Shown here: positions 12,470 through 26,073 of the stretch, piece after piece | Layout of the letters: every line of letters starts with the position of its first letter | Numbering within the stretch: the first letter of the stretch is position 1 | NCBI RefSeq assembly: GCF_006345805.1 | Contig: NC_043021.1 | Coordinates: forward strand, 13,826,001-13,890,000 | Origin: Octopus sinensis | Taxonomy: Eukaryota | DNA length: 64,000 nucleotides | Reading direction: 5' to 3' | Translations under genes and position numbers: made by a program | The notes under the pieces: model-generated | Database searches by the model: none | What the model saw: the letters and a program-made list of their open reading frames with translations, nothing else | What the model was told of the DNA's origin: nothing

Positions 12470-12790
12470 GAGCTCCTTGTTGGTTATGATGACAAGTGTT
12501 TCAGATTGATTTGGTTAATGGAACGGCCTGCTTGTGAAATTAATGTGCAAGTGGCTGAGTGCTCCACAGACACACATACTCTTAATGTAGTTCTCAGGGA
12601 GATTCAGCATGACACAGAATGTGACAAGGCTGGCCCTTTTGGAATACAGGTACAATTCATTTAGCCAGCTGATTGGACAAGAGCAATGTGGAATAAAGTG
12701 TCTTGCTCAAGGACATAAATCGCCACTGAGAATTGAACTCGTGACCTGACGGTTATGAGCCAAGTACTCTAACCACTAAGCTAGATGCCA
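12470..12790 (-). mobile_element. tRNA-headed SINE, family G (my label)
   Basis: Body gtggctgagtgctccacagacac...gagattcagcatgacacag plus aataaagtgtcttgctcaagg. An opposite-strand copy lies at ~62795-63115 and a partial one at ~40240-40345. Confidence 0.7.
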
Positions 12791-13378
12791 TTACCTTTTA
12801 TTTGTAAGAAACTAGTGAAAGAATAAGTAAAGTGAGTTACATCTGTTTCAGCGATGCATGTACTTAGTCAACAGTACCACCTGCTTGTTAAATTGACAAG
12901 TGGGTGGCAGAGTATTCCACAGGTCATGTACCCTTAACCCTTAATGTAATTCCTAAGTAGAGTCAGTGTGGCATTGTGTTATGACGAGGCTGTACTTTTT
13001 GAATTACTGGTACAGTATATGATGCAGGCTTTTCAAACCGTGATCCTATGACCACAAGTCTGCTAACCTAACCACTGGGCCATTGTGCCTTCACATATAT
13101 ATTTATATATATGTATGTATATGCATATGCTTGCATTCATTCTTATATCATCATCATCATCATCATCGTTTAACGTTCGTTCTCCATGCTAGCATGGGTT
13201 GGACGGTTCGACCGGGGATCTGGGAAGCCAGAAGGCTGCACCAGGCTCCAGTCTTATCTGGTAGTGTTTCTACGGCTGGATGCCCTTCCTAACGCCAACC
13301 ACTCCGTGAGTGTAGTGGGTGCTTTTTACGTGCCACCTGCACAGGTGCCAGATATATATATGTAGATAGACAGATATA

Positions 13379-13590
13379 CAGGGTGGCCCAAAAGTAGGTC
13401 TACAGTTATTCAACTATCTCTTTCGCATCCATATATTAACAGTTTAAATCTTAATTATAAAAAAATATGTAACGATTATTCTCTGCTAATTTAGTTAAGT
13501 GTAAGATAGAAATTTAAATGTAATAAAATGTTTTAAAAGAAAGTTAAAGTGACTACGTAATAACTGTAATACTTCTTTTGGGCCACCCTG
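13379..13590. mobile_element. Tc1/mariner-type MITE, 212 bp (second copy at 14606-14817)
   Basis: TA|CAGGGTGGCCCAAAAGTAGGTCTACAGTTATT...AATAACTGTAATACTTCTTTTGGGCCACCCTG|TA: ~32-bp TIRs with a TA target duplication. Confidence 0.9.
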
Positions 13591-13733
13591 TATATGCATA
13601 TACCTACATGCATGCATGCCTTCTTGTATGTATACATATATGTAGGTAAGTATGCATATGTGCGTGTGTGTATACATGTACATACATATATATCTATATT
13701 AATCACACACATATATATATTACATAATATATT

Positions 13734-14119
13734 CGCAGGAGTGGCTGTGTGGTAAGTAGCTAGCTTACCAACCACATGGTTCCGGGTTCAGTCCCACTGC
13801 GTGGCACCTTGGGCAAGTGTCATCTACTATAGCCTTGGGCTGACCAAAGCCTTGTGAGTGGATTTGGTAGATGGAAACTGAAAGAAGCCCGTCGTATATA
13901 TGTATATATGTGTGTTTGTATGTCTGTGTTTGTCCCGCTAACATTGCTTGACAACCGATGCTGGTGTGTTTATGTCCCCATTACTTAGCGGTTTGGCAAA
14001 AGAGACCGATAGAATAAGTACTGGGCTTACAAAAGAATAAGTCCCGGGGTCGAGTTGCTCGATTAAAGGCGGTGCTCCAGCATGGCCGCAGTCAAATGAC
14101 TGAAACAAGTAAAAGAGTA
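13734..14119 (+). mobile_element. Full-length family A SINE (duplicate at 14961-15346)
   Basis: Intact head cgcaggagtggctgtgtggtaag through the tail gactgaaacaagtaaaagagta, with many CpGs retained. Confidence 0.9.
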
Positions 14120-15539
14120 TACTTAAACTAGGAAATATATAATAATACTACGGATAGTACTGGATAATTATAAAGATGGACGAGTTTTAAAGTGTACTCT
14201 ACCGCATTCCTGACAGAATATAACATAACTGTTATATAAATCGTTGTATATAATAATATACAATATTATATAATATTTATATATATTATGTATGTAATAC
14301 TTATAGTTTGTAATATATAAAATATATATTATATATATGTATGTATATGCATATGCTTGCATTCATTCTTATATCATCATCATCATCATCATCGTTTAAC
14401 GTTCGTTCTCCATGCTAGCATGGGTTGGACGGTTCGACCGGGGATCTGGGAAGCCAGAAGGCTGCACCAGGCTCCAGTCTTATCTGGTAGTGTTTCTACG
14501 GCTGGATGCCCTTCCTAACGCCAACCACTCCGTGAGTGTAGTGGGTGCTTTTTACGTGCCACCTGCACAGGTGCCAGAATATATATATGTAGATAGACAG
14601 ATATACAGGGTGGCCCAAAAGTAGGTCTACAGTTATTCAACTATCTCTTTCGCATCCATATATTAACAGTTTAAATCTTAATTATAAAAAAATATGTAAC
14701 GATTATTCTCTGCTAATTTAGTTAAGTGTAAGATAGAAATTTAAATGTAATAAAATGTTTTAAAAGAAAGTTAAAGTGACTACGTAATAACTGTAATACT
14801 TCTTTTGGGCCACCCTGTATATGCATATACCTACATGCATGCATGCCTTCTTGTATGTATACATATATGTAGGTAAGTATGCATATGTGCGTGTGTGTAT
14901 ACATGTACATACATATATATCTATATTAATCACACACATATATATATTACATAATATATTCGCAGGAGTGGCTGTGTGGTAAGTAGCTAGCTTACCAACC
15001 ACATGGTTCCGGGTTCAGTCCCACTGCGTGGCACCTTGGGCAAGTGTCATCTACTATAGCCTTGGGCTGACCAAAGCCTTGTGAGTGGATTTGGTAGACG
15101 GAAACTGAAAGAAGCCCGTCGTATATATGTATATATTTGTGTTTGTATGTCTGTGTTTGTCCCGCTAACATTGCTTGACAACCGATGCTGGTGTGTTTAT
15201 GTCCCCATTACTTAGCGGTTTGGCAAAAGAGACCGATAGAATAAGTACTGGGCTTACAAAAGAATAAGTCCCGGGGTCGAGTTGCTCGATTAAAGGCGGT
15301 GCTCCAGCATGGCCGCAGTCAAATGACTGAAACAAGTAAAAGAGTATACTTAAACTAGGAAATATATAATAATACTACTGATAGTACTGGATAATTATAA
15401 AGATGGACGAGTTTTAAAGTGTACTCTACCGCATTCCTGACAGAATATAACATAACTGTTATATAAATCGTTGTATATAATAATATACAATATTATATAA
15501 TATTTATATATATTATGTATGTAATACTTATAGTTTGTA

Positions 15540-15729
15540 ATATATAAAATATATATATATATATATATGCATGTGCAAAAAGGTATGAACATATCAGAAA
15601 TATTATATAAACTTAAAAGATCCAATACAGCCATGTTTCCTAAACACTTATATGCTTGCATTTGCATTTCTGTGTGTGTGTGTGTGTGTGTGTGCGTGTG
15701 TGTGCGTATGCATATATATACATACATAT

Positions 15730-15760
<31 letters not shown>

Positions 15761-15907
15761 CACATACATATATATACACACACACACACACATAAATATT
15801 ACATATATATACATACACACACATGCACACATATATACATGCATACACATATACATATATATATACATGTACACACATATATATGTACATACATGCACAC
15901 ACATTTG

Positions 15908-15971
<64 letters not shown>

Positions 15972-16263
15972 TGTGTGTATAATAGTATGTATACATATGT
16001 ATAGTTAGTCGACTCACATGTGTCCTTCACATCTTCACATTCTCATTGTTAATTCATCCAAAACCTGAGCCAGTCATCACGTGAGGGCTCAGCTCAATAA
16101 GTAATTCAAAATAAATTAACTAAGAGAGCTGTGACAAGAACATCTTTGATGTGAACAGTGCTTATTACAGGCATCGAGAAGTCTGAAACACAGCACACAA
16201 AGTATATACACACACACACACATATACATACATACATACATACATACATATACATATATATAT

Positions 16264-16302
<39 letters not shown>

Positions 16303-16960
16303 TACATGTGTAAAGTTTATTTGTATATACGTGTACGTGTGTATAGTGGGAGGTATTGAATGCTGATCAATTTGGGACAAAGCCTTTTTGATGAGGAATA
16401 ACTAGTTAATAATTAATTTAAATAAAGAGTTCTGGGACCCGTCAATTTAGATAGCAACAACTGGTTGATTACATTATCTGGAGTTATAATAAGCAGCTTC
16501 TGTTATGTGTGTGTGTCTGAGTGTATATATGTGTGTATATATGTATATGTGTGTGTATGTATATATGTATTTGTATGTGTATGTGTGTGTGTGTGTATAT
16601 ATATATATATACACATGCACATACACACATAAATACATATGCATATATATGTGTATGTATATATCCATATATATGAGTGTGTTTGTATGTATGTATGTAT
16701 GTATGTATATATATATATATGCATGTACGTATGTATGTGTGTGTGTATATATATATATATGTATGTATGTATATGTGCATGTATATTGATATGTGTGTGT
16801 GTGTATATATCCATATATGCGTGTGTATGTATGCACACACACATTCTAGCTCTTTTGCTGTCCGCTTACAGTGCACCAGTATCGGCTGGGTCACTGTGTA
16901 TTTTCAGTTGGGTGGTGGAGGGCATTGGTGGAGATGCTTGTGTCAGGTGATGGTGGGGAT
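15540..16960. repeat. Compound (TA)n/(CA)n/(TG)n microsatellite region
   Basis: Long pure (TA)n runs (for example ~15914-15967) and mixed TATG/CA tracts. Confidence 0.9.
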
Positions 16961-17542
16961 GGTGTGGTGTAATGAATTAGCGTTTCTGGTTGTCTAATAT
17001 GTTAATGCGACGGTGACAGTGTGCAGCTGACTGGTGTTGCAATAGTTTTGTGTCTGACCTCTGACTTTGCGCACGCACGCACACACACACACACTCATGC
17101 GCATATACACACACACTCATGCGCATATACACACACGTGTGCATGCATGCATACATGTGACTTACCTCGGATGTCATGCACACATGCTCACACACACACA
17201 CACACACACACATCCCTCTGATGCCATACTGGTACATATTCACATAACTGACCTCTGACATCCACACACTTATGCATAACTGACCTTTGACACCCCATAT
17301 GTCTAAAAACCAAACTACACATTATGCACACACAACAATCTGTATTTGTGTCATATATATATAGGTGCAGGTGTGGATGTATGGTAAGTAGCTTGCTTAT
17401 GAACCACATGGTTCAGGGTTCAGTCCCACTGCATGGCACCTTAGGCAAGTGTCTTCTACTATAGCCTTGGGCCGACCAAAGCATTGTGAGTAGATTTGGT
17501 AGACTGAAACTGAAAAAAGTCTGTCGTATAAATGTATGTATG

Positions 17543-17577
<35 letters not shown>

Positions 17578-18379
17578 CTGCCAGATCAGACTGGGCCTGA
17601 TGCAGCCTTCTGGCTTCACAGACCCCAGTTGAACCGTCCAACCCATGCTAGCATGGAAAGCGGACGCTAAATGATGATGATGATGTGTGTGTGTATATGT
17701 TTGTGTGAATGTGTGTGTATATACATATATACACCCATGCACACATGCACATATCAGGCACTACAGATTTCTAAAATAATGTACTTACATCTTTTTACAA
17801 TTGTTATTATTATTATTAAAACCTTACAAGCCAGCTTCCCAACCACTTGGTCCCAGGTTCAGTCCCACTTAATACTATAGCTTCAGGCAAACCAAAACCT
17901 TACAAGTGAATTTGGTAGATAGAAACTGAAGGAAGCTTGTTGCATGTGTGTGTATGTGTGTGTGTTTTGTCCCCTCTACTACCACTGCTTGACAACCGGA
18001 AGTACTGGGGTCAGATCATTCAACTGTAAAAAAAAAAAAATTCATCAAGGTTGTACCCCAGCATGGCCGCAGTCTAATGACTGAAACAAGTAACAGATAA
18101 AAGATCTACATTTTTGTAAGCATAGCTGTGTGGTTGAGTATTTGCTTGGCAACAGTTTGGTTTCTAGTTCAATCCCCACTGTATGTCACTTGGTTCCCCG
18201 GAGAGGTGTTTATTGCTGTAGTATCAAGCTGGATTATACTTTTGAGTGAAATTTATGGGATGGATTGTGCTGAGAAAGCCTGCTCTGCATATGTGCGTGT
18301 GTGTGTATTCATGTATGTATGTATGTATCTATCTATTTCATTATCTATCTGTGTGTGTGTCTGTCTGACTGTGCATATG

Positions 18380-18450
18380 TGTATTTATATATGTATATGT
18401 ATATATATCTTTTTATGTATGTATGTATGTATATGTGTATGCATATATAT

Positions 18451-18483
<33 letters not shown>

Positions 18484-19105
18484 GTCTATATTTACACACA
18501 CATGTATGTACATATATATGTTATATATATATATATACATATATATGTCTATATTTACACACACATGTATGTACATATATATGTATATATATATGTACAT
18601 ATATATATATATGTATATATATATATACACACATATACATATATATATATATATATATATATCCACATACATATACATATATATATATACATTTATATAT
18701 ATATGTGAATAATTATATAACTTTATATAATTATATGTATGTAAATATATATATATATATAATTATGTGTATATTTATATTTTCATTCACATGTATTTAT
18801 ATGCATCATACATATATGTATGTACATAATTATATAAATATACATATATATATTTATATATGTCTGTCTGTGTTTACCTATATAAAACCAGTGTTGTGTG
18901 AAAAAATAAAGGAAAGAAATAATAGTAACCTCGCCATTTGCTACATATCGATCAATAAAATCAGTAACCGACTGACTAGTGGTGGGCACCTGGTTTAGAG
19001 AGAGAGAGAGAGAGTGTGTGTGTCTGTGTGTATGTGTGTGTGTCTGTGTCTAATGTATAAAATATATATAATGTATAAAGAAATATATATATATCTGCAT
19101 TAGAT

Positions 19106-19177
<72 letters not shown>

Positions 19178-19308
19178 GGTAGACAATATTTATGTGTTTG
19201 TTACATACACATATATGTTATATATATATATATATATATATTGATATATTTATATATTGATATATTTATATATATATATATATATATGTATATTGATATA
19301 TTTATATC

Positions 19309-19364
<56 letters not shown>

Positions 19365-19485
19365 TGATATATTTACATCTATATATATATGTATATTGAT
19401 ATATTTATATCTATATATATGTATATATATATGTATATTGATATATTATATCTATATATATGTATATATATATATATATGTATAT

Positions 19486-19559
<74 letters not shown>

Positions 19560-19570
19560 TGATATATAAT
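18380..19570. repeat. Large (TA)n-derived satellite with higher-order units
   Basis: tatattgatatatttatatct units are embedded in (TA)n at ~19220-19565, and atatgtctatatttacacacacatgtatgtacat occurs twice at ~18480-18600. Confidence 0.9.
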
Positions 19571-19929
19571 ACATACATAGGTACATGCATGTGCCTTATA
19601 AGAAACATATGGCTGCAGCCCTGTGGCCAGAACTAGTAAAAGCTGTGCATGCATGTGCATGTGTTTCTATACACACACACATACACCCCCCACCCTTGCA
19701 TATATATGTATGTGTGTGTGTGTGTATGTATGTATGTCTGTATGTATACTTATGGGGCAGTTCTCTGGCTTGCCACCTCCTGTGAAACCATCCAACCTGT
19801 GGTAGCATGGACGATGGACATCAAATGATGCTATTGATGACACACACAAACACACGGATACAAGTAGACACACATTTGTGTCTGTGTGTTTATATATATA
19901 TGTATGTGTGTCTGTGTGTATATATATTA

Positions 19930-19984
<55 letters not shown>

Positions 19985-20149
19985 TAGATAGAGAAGTATG
20001 CATATATACACACACACACACATAACCATGTACAAATGAAATGTATGTTCAGTACCTTACATGCAAACGTGTTCAGGGTGTATATAATTCACACTGATTG
20101 AATTCTAACGTGTGTGTGTATGTGTGCACTATAATTCCTCCCCTCCACA

Positions 20150-23100
20150 TTACTGCTGCTGTTGCTACTACTACTGCTACTACCACCACCACCACCACCA
20201 CCACCATCTATGTTTTACTGTATCTTTCATCTAAGTAGCTTTATTCTACTATTTCCTCCTTACCACCACTCTCTCCTTGCCATTAGGTTTGTTTATATTG
20301 AGCACTTTTTCTGTTATTGTGGTGGTCATGGGTATAAGGCGAGTGGTGGTGGTGGTGGTGTTGCTATTTCTTGTCATTATACGGCATTGGTGCTGATTGT
20401 TGATTGTGGTGGTGATGATGGAATGATGCTGCTTGTGGTGGTGGTAGTAGTGGCAGTAGTGGCGGCAGTGGTGTTCATCTTAGAGATGGTAGCGGCAGTG
20501 TGGGGTAAGATGGTGCTCCTCATGATGATGATGATGATGATGATGGGGTAGTGTTGGTGCTTAATTATGATTGTGATGGTGGTGGTGTGGGTGGTGGCAG
20601 TGGTGGAGCTTGTCATTACGATAGTGTTCGTAGTGGTGTGGTGGTGCTTCGCGTGATGCCGACAATGATGGTGATGGTGGTAGTGGTACCAATGGTTGTG
20701 GTGATGGAGCTTGTCATTATGGCGTTGGTGATAGTATCAGTGGTGGTGGTGGTGGTGGTGGTAGTATCAATGCTAGTGGCTCTCATTATGATGCTGATGG
20801 TTGACAATAGAGCTTGTTATTATGAGAGTAATAATGATGGAGATAACGATAATGATGATGATGGTGATAATGTTGCTTGACTACAAATAGAGGAATGCTG
20901 CTGCTGCTGCTTCGGTTGCTGCTCAATGTGGTAGTATTAGTAGCAATGTTAGTGATTATGGTGGTGGTGGTGGTGATGTATTGTTGTGGTGGTGGCGATG
21001 GTGGTGTTTGTTCAACTGGTGTACCTTGCTATAGTAGTTATAGTGACAGTTGCTTGTCGTAGTAGTAGTAGTAGTAGTTATACTGGTGATGAAGTGTTTA
21101 TCACAGTGGTGGTGGTGGTATGGAGGCGTTGTGGTTGTTGAGGTGGCAGTACAAGGGGTTATGAGAAGGGCAGAAGAGAAGTAAAGCCTAGTTTGTGGTA
21201 GTGGTACTGGTTAACTGATAATGTTGGTTTAGGTAGTAGTTGTGGTAGTAATTGTGATATTGCTTGTGTATGATAATGTTGGTTTAGGAGGCAGTTGTCA
21301 TAGTAGTTGTGTGGTAAAGTTGGTTAAGGAGGTAGTTGTGATAGTATTGCTAGTGTGTGATAGTGTTGGTTTAGGAGGTAGTTGTCAAAGTTGTGTGTAA
21401 TAATGTTGATTTAGGAGATATTTGTTAAAGTATTGCTTGTGTGTGATAGTGTGTTTTGGGAGGTAGTTGTTGTCATACTTGGGTGTGATAATGTTGGTTT
21501 AGAAGCCAGTTATGGTAGCAGTTATATGTGATAGTGTTGGTTTTGTATGATAGTGCTGGCTTGGAAGCTATGGCAGTAGTTGTTTGATAACATTGGTTTA
21601 GAAGCCAGTTGTGGTAGTGGTTGGATGTGATAGTGCTGGTTTAAAGGTAGTGATAGTGTTGGTTGTGTCTGATAGTATTGATTGTTTGAGAGTTTCAGTT
21701 AAGTGTCAGTTGTAAGCATGGTGGTGGCTGTGGTGGTAGTTGTATGTATTAATGATATTACAGTAGTAGTAGTAGTAGTAGTAATAAAGCAAGTAGTACA
21801 AGTAGTAGTTGTAGTGTCGATAATAAGCATTGGTTGAGGATGTAGTGTAGCATCCAGAGCTTCAGCTGTTTGTCTTTTTCACTCAGAAGAGTAGAAATAG
21901 TAGTAGAAGCAGCAGCAGCAGCAGTAGCAGCAGCAATAGTAGTAGTAGTAGTAGTAGTAGTCATCAGTGTACTTGTGACTGTATGTCCTTTCTATTCTCA
22001 TTCCACATTTCCTCTTTCCTCGTATCCTTTTGTTCTTTCTCTTCCTCTTTCTCTCTCTCTCTCTCTCTCTCCACTCCACCTCCTCCCCATACCGTTTTCC
22101 TCCCGCCACCACCGCACCAACACCTTCCATGGAAGAGAATAAAAAATGCCAAGATAATCCCCATCCATCGATCCATCCATTCATTCATCCATTTATCCAT
22201 CTATCCAGTGGAAGGCGGAAGGGTATGAGGAGGAGGAGGAGAAGGATTGTTCATTCTCCTCTGCTTCTCTCTCTCTCCACTTCTCACTATTGTTGCCTTT
22301 AATCTCTCACCCTCCTCCCTCAATCTTTTCTCTCTCTCTCTCTCTCTTCGTTCCCTTCATTGGTGTCATCTGCTTTGCCGCCACCACCACCGGCACCATT
22401 AATTGTCATTACTTGTTCACTACTGCTACTACTAACAGCGTTAGTAACACTATAGTCAATGCTGTCATCATCACTACCACCACCATCAGCAACAGCAGCA
22501 GCATCAATGAAGCCAGGCCACCCACACCGTATCACCCTCATCAATAAAACCATGACCATCACTACTCTTTTAATGACATTATATATAGTACTCTTACCAT
22601 GAACACTGTGCCGCTCATAACATTACCACTGCCACCACCACCAATAACACCACATGCCATTATCATCATCACCATTATCATTACTGACACCACCACGCTA
22701 CTTTTACTACATCCTTAACATCACATTGCCACTACCACCACCACTGACCATCCATCACCATTACTATTACTGTACCACTTTTACTACAGCTAATGATACT
22801 AACACCTAACACCATCACTCACTTTACCACCACCACTAAATACCACACCACCTCTATTAACTAGCGCCCATACTGTCATTACTACAGTCTCACTGCAATC
22901 GTTTTTGGCACTACCACCACCACCACCACTACTGTTGCTGGTACCATTGCTTTCAGTCACTACCCTAGTACAGTTTTGCTGCTACTACTACTACTACCAC
23001 CACCACCACCACCACTACTGCTACTGACACCATACATCCACTACCACAACCCTAACAGTTTACTACTACTACTACTACTACTACTACTAACTACCACCAC

Positions 23101-23580
23101 CACCACCACCACCATACCACTAGCATAGTTCCACTGGTACCATACAAGTAACATGGTACCCCTCCCAGCAATCATTATTACTATGTCAATGCTAATGCCA
23201 TTCCACAAGTATTCTACAAGCCATGCCATGACCACCACCACCATGAGGAACTGATGAAACCACTAAGTGGTCAATTCAACTGGCTAGAAATAACAGCCAA
23301 ATCTTTCTTGAAGCCATAAAAATTCTAAATATTATGTTTTCCAAAAAGAAAAAGAAAAAAAAACCCAAAAAATGGAAAAGATAATTGGGATGGTCACAGC
23401 TGGAATGGTTTGGATGATAAGGTCTGCTGGATCGTAACTCACTTGGTGGTGGGTTTACAACTGCAACACCAGCAGTGACACAGCCATCAGCTTCACCACG
23501 GCCACCGCTAATCAGTACATCCACTATCATCACCAAACAGCGTCACCACCACCACAACCAACAACAACAACAACAACACT
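20150..23580. repeat. Mosaic trinucleotide low-complexity region (GTG/GTA/GAT, then CAC/TAC/CAT)
   Basis: Degenerate triplet runs, plus a G/T-rich ~55-bp degenerate repeat at ~21200-21720. Similar mosaics occur at 5540-6110, 7560-8030, 45750-46270 and 49290-49930. Confidence 0.85.
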
Positions 23581-23739
23581 AATCCCACCATCACTATCAT
23601 ATTAGTCTGTGTGTGTGTGTTCTTATACAAATACGTTGTGTATATCTATATAACTGGCATTGTGTGTGTGTGTATTACTCTCTATGCGTCTAAGTGTTCT
23701 GTGCATGCATCCATGTGACAATAAATGTGCTTCTATATT

Positions 23740-23812
23740 ATGTGGCTATATACATGTATGTATATAGCCAATATTATATATATATATATACACACATACA
23801 TGTATGTACATA

Positions 23813-23868
<56 letters not shown>

Positions 23869-24059
23869 CATATGCATACATATATACATGTATGTACATA
23901 TGCATACATATATATATACACACATACATATAAACATACATGTATGTACATATGCATATATATATATATATATACATGTATGTACATATGCATACATATA
24001 TATATATACACATACACACATACATATACACATACATGTATGTACATATGCATATATAT

Positions 24060-24105
<46 letters not shown>

Positions 24106-24110
24106 CAGAT
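23740..24110. repeat. (TA)n satellite with higher-order unit catacatgtatgtacatatgcata
   Basis: The unit recurs about 5-6 times, separated by variable (TA)n. Confidence 0.85.
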
Positions 24111-25265
24111 GCATTCACACATGCATCTGTTTATTTTGTTTGTGTGTATAGATGATTCTAAGTATATACAACTGTGCATAGTATGCTTGTGTGTGTGTGT
24201 GGTGTGTGTGTGTGTGTATATGAGTGTAATATCATTCTGCTTCATCTACACTGCTCCTCCCATATTGATTATCTTATTAATATATGTGTGTATGCATATG
24301 TGTGAGTGCATGTGTGTATACATATATATATATATATATGTATACACATGCACACACATGCATGCAATGTGCATACATACTCGTGAATGTCTGTGTGTCT
24401 GTGTGGTGTTAGGAGAGATTTGTGAGTAATATCACTTTATTTTTATCTCTCTTCCCACCACTCCTCTCCACCTCCAACCCTTCCTGTCCTTCTCCTCCAA
24501 AACCCCCCAAACCCCCACCACCCCGCACGCACAGTATTGATTCTATCACTCGCCTTAATATATGCACATTGTCAATGGATGACGGTGCTGGCTCTACTAT
24601 GCTGCAACACAGTGCAGAACTGTTGCAATGCTGCAGTTTCTTACCATTCTACTACATTGTCTTCTGTGTCAGGCAGTGTGAGGAGGGAGGAGAGCGGTGG
24701 GAAGGGGAGACAACTGGCTGCTAGTTTCTATTTGCAGTTTGTGTCACCTCTCTTGTTTTTCTTTCTTTCTTCCTCTTTTTCATTCACTTCTTCACGGAAA
24801 CTTTTATTTATTCTTATTTCATTTTTGTATTTTAATTTCTGTATGTGTGTGTGTTTCATTGGTTTAAGTTTCTCCATGTTGTTTGTATATCTCATAGTGT
24901 CCTGTCTTCGGTTTTATTTCTTCTTCCTCTGTCAAATATTTGTCATTCAAAATCTCACCTTCACTTCTTCTACTGCCTCCTTCTTCATGTACACATGCAT
25001 ATCTAATGTCTATGTCGTTAAAAAGGTCACTTTGTAATTCACATGGCCTCACATTCATTCCCACTTAGTAGCACTACGGGCAAGAGATTTCCCTCTGCCA
25101 AAACGCTCTCTGGAAGATTATTATCAATGTGGCCATAGTCAAACATCCCCGACAAAATCTCTCTGCAATTCACAGTTTTCCATTGCTCAAGGCCAGTGCT
25201 CCTTACTAAAGCCTGTGTCATCTGAGAGTTGGTTGATGTATGTTTGGGTAGCTCTTCCTCTCCTG

Positions 25266-25526
25266 CAGTGATTCTTAAATGGGGTCCACATGATCCTAAG
25301 GGGTCCTCATGACCGTATAAGATTTTGATGTTAAAGTTTATGCGCAATGAATTGGTTAAAACTTCTATAAAATATTTCAACAATTTTTTTTTATACAATT
25401 CCTAATAATATTTAACGATAGAAATATAAAAGGACTTTTTTTAAACATCGAATAGCTATGGGGGCCCATTAGAGTAAAATATAAATCAAAGGGGTCCATA
25501 GGTAAAGAAATGGTTGGGAACCACTA
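25266..25526. mobile_element. hAT-like MITE, decayed
   Basis: The ends CAGTGATTCTTAA... and ...GGTTGGGAACCACTA resemble CAGTGGTTCYCAA-type hAT TIRs. An 8-bp TSD is not preserved. Confidence 0.55.
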
Positions 25527-25543
25527 GGTTACTGCATCTCCCA

Positions 25544-25691
25544 CACTAGTGTAGCTAGTGGGGTAGGACATTAGGGACCGGTCCACCCTGGGCAGCACTT
25601 TTGGGTCTGCTGTAAGCAATATAAGCAATATGTGTTTTTGTGGGGTCCAAGGGCAAACGGAAGGGCCGCACACAGTCTAGCTATGCTAGTG
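25544..25691. mobile_element. 148-bp MITE-like element with 15-bp TIRs
   Basis: CACTAGTGTAGCTAG...CTAGCTATGCTAGTG: 13/15 inverted match, with the mismatches consistent with CpG decay. No clear TSD. Confidence 0.55.
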
Positions 25692-25840
25692 CTCTTCCAT
25701 GTGTTGGTTCCTCACAATAGCAGCTTGTGTATAACTTCCTGTCTACTTCTCTAGCAATGTCCTGCAAATTGTAACTGTCTTGGAGCAATTGTAGTTGTTA
25801 TCTTGGGCAAATTTCCACATGAACTTTCGTTTGTAATATA

Positions 25841-26073
25841 TTTATTTCTTTATGGCCCACATAGGGCTAAACATAGAGGGGACAAACAAGGGCAGACAAA
25901 AGGATGAAGTCGATTACATCAACCCCAGTGCGTAACTGGTACTTATTTAATCGACCCTGAAAGGATGAAAGGCAAAGTTGACCTTGCCAGAATTTGAACT
26001 CAGAAATTAACAGCAGACAAAATACTGCTAAGCATTTTGCCCAGCATCCTAATGATTCTGCCAGCTCGCTGCC
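25841..26073 (-). mobile_element. SINE B1 with a 16-bp imperfect TSD
   Basis: Flanks tttcgtttgtaatata (25825-25840) and tttcatttgtaatgta (26074-26089). The B1 tail is on the minus strand (tttatttctttatggcccacatagggctaaac). Confidence 0.82.

Larger units (their letters stand above)
13105..15560. repeat. Near-identical tandem duplication, unit ~1227 bp
   Basis: 13105-14331 is repeated at 14332-15560. The ORF track shows identical ORF pairs offset by 1227 (13495/14722 and 13533/14760). Only a handful of differences are visible, and the junctions lie in TA-rich tracts. Confidence 0.95.

Noticed and set aside
25039-25398. 119-aa minus-strand ORF with normal-looking composition
   Set aside because: Its 5' third lies in a hAT-like MITE. 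I recognise no domain and see no convincing splice sites. A nested exon is not excluded, but I cannot support it without a homology search.
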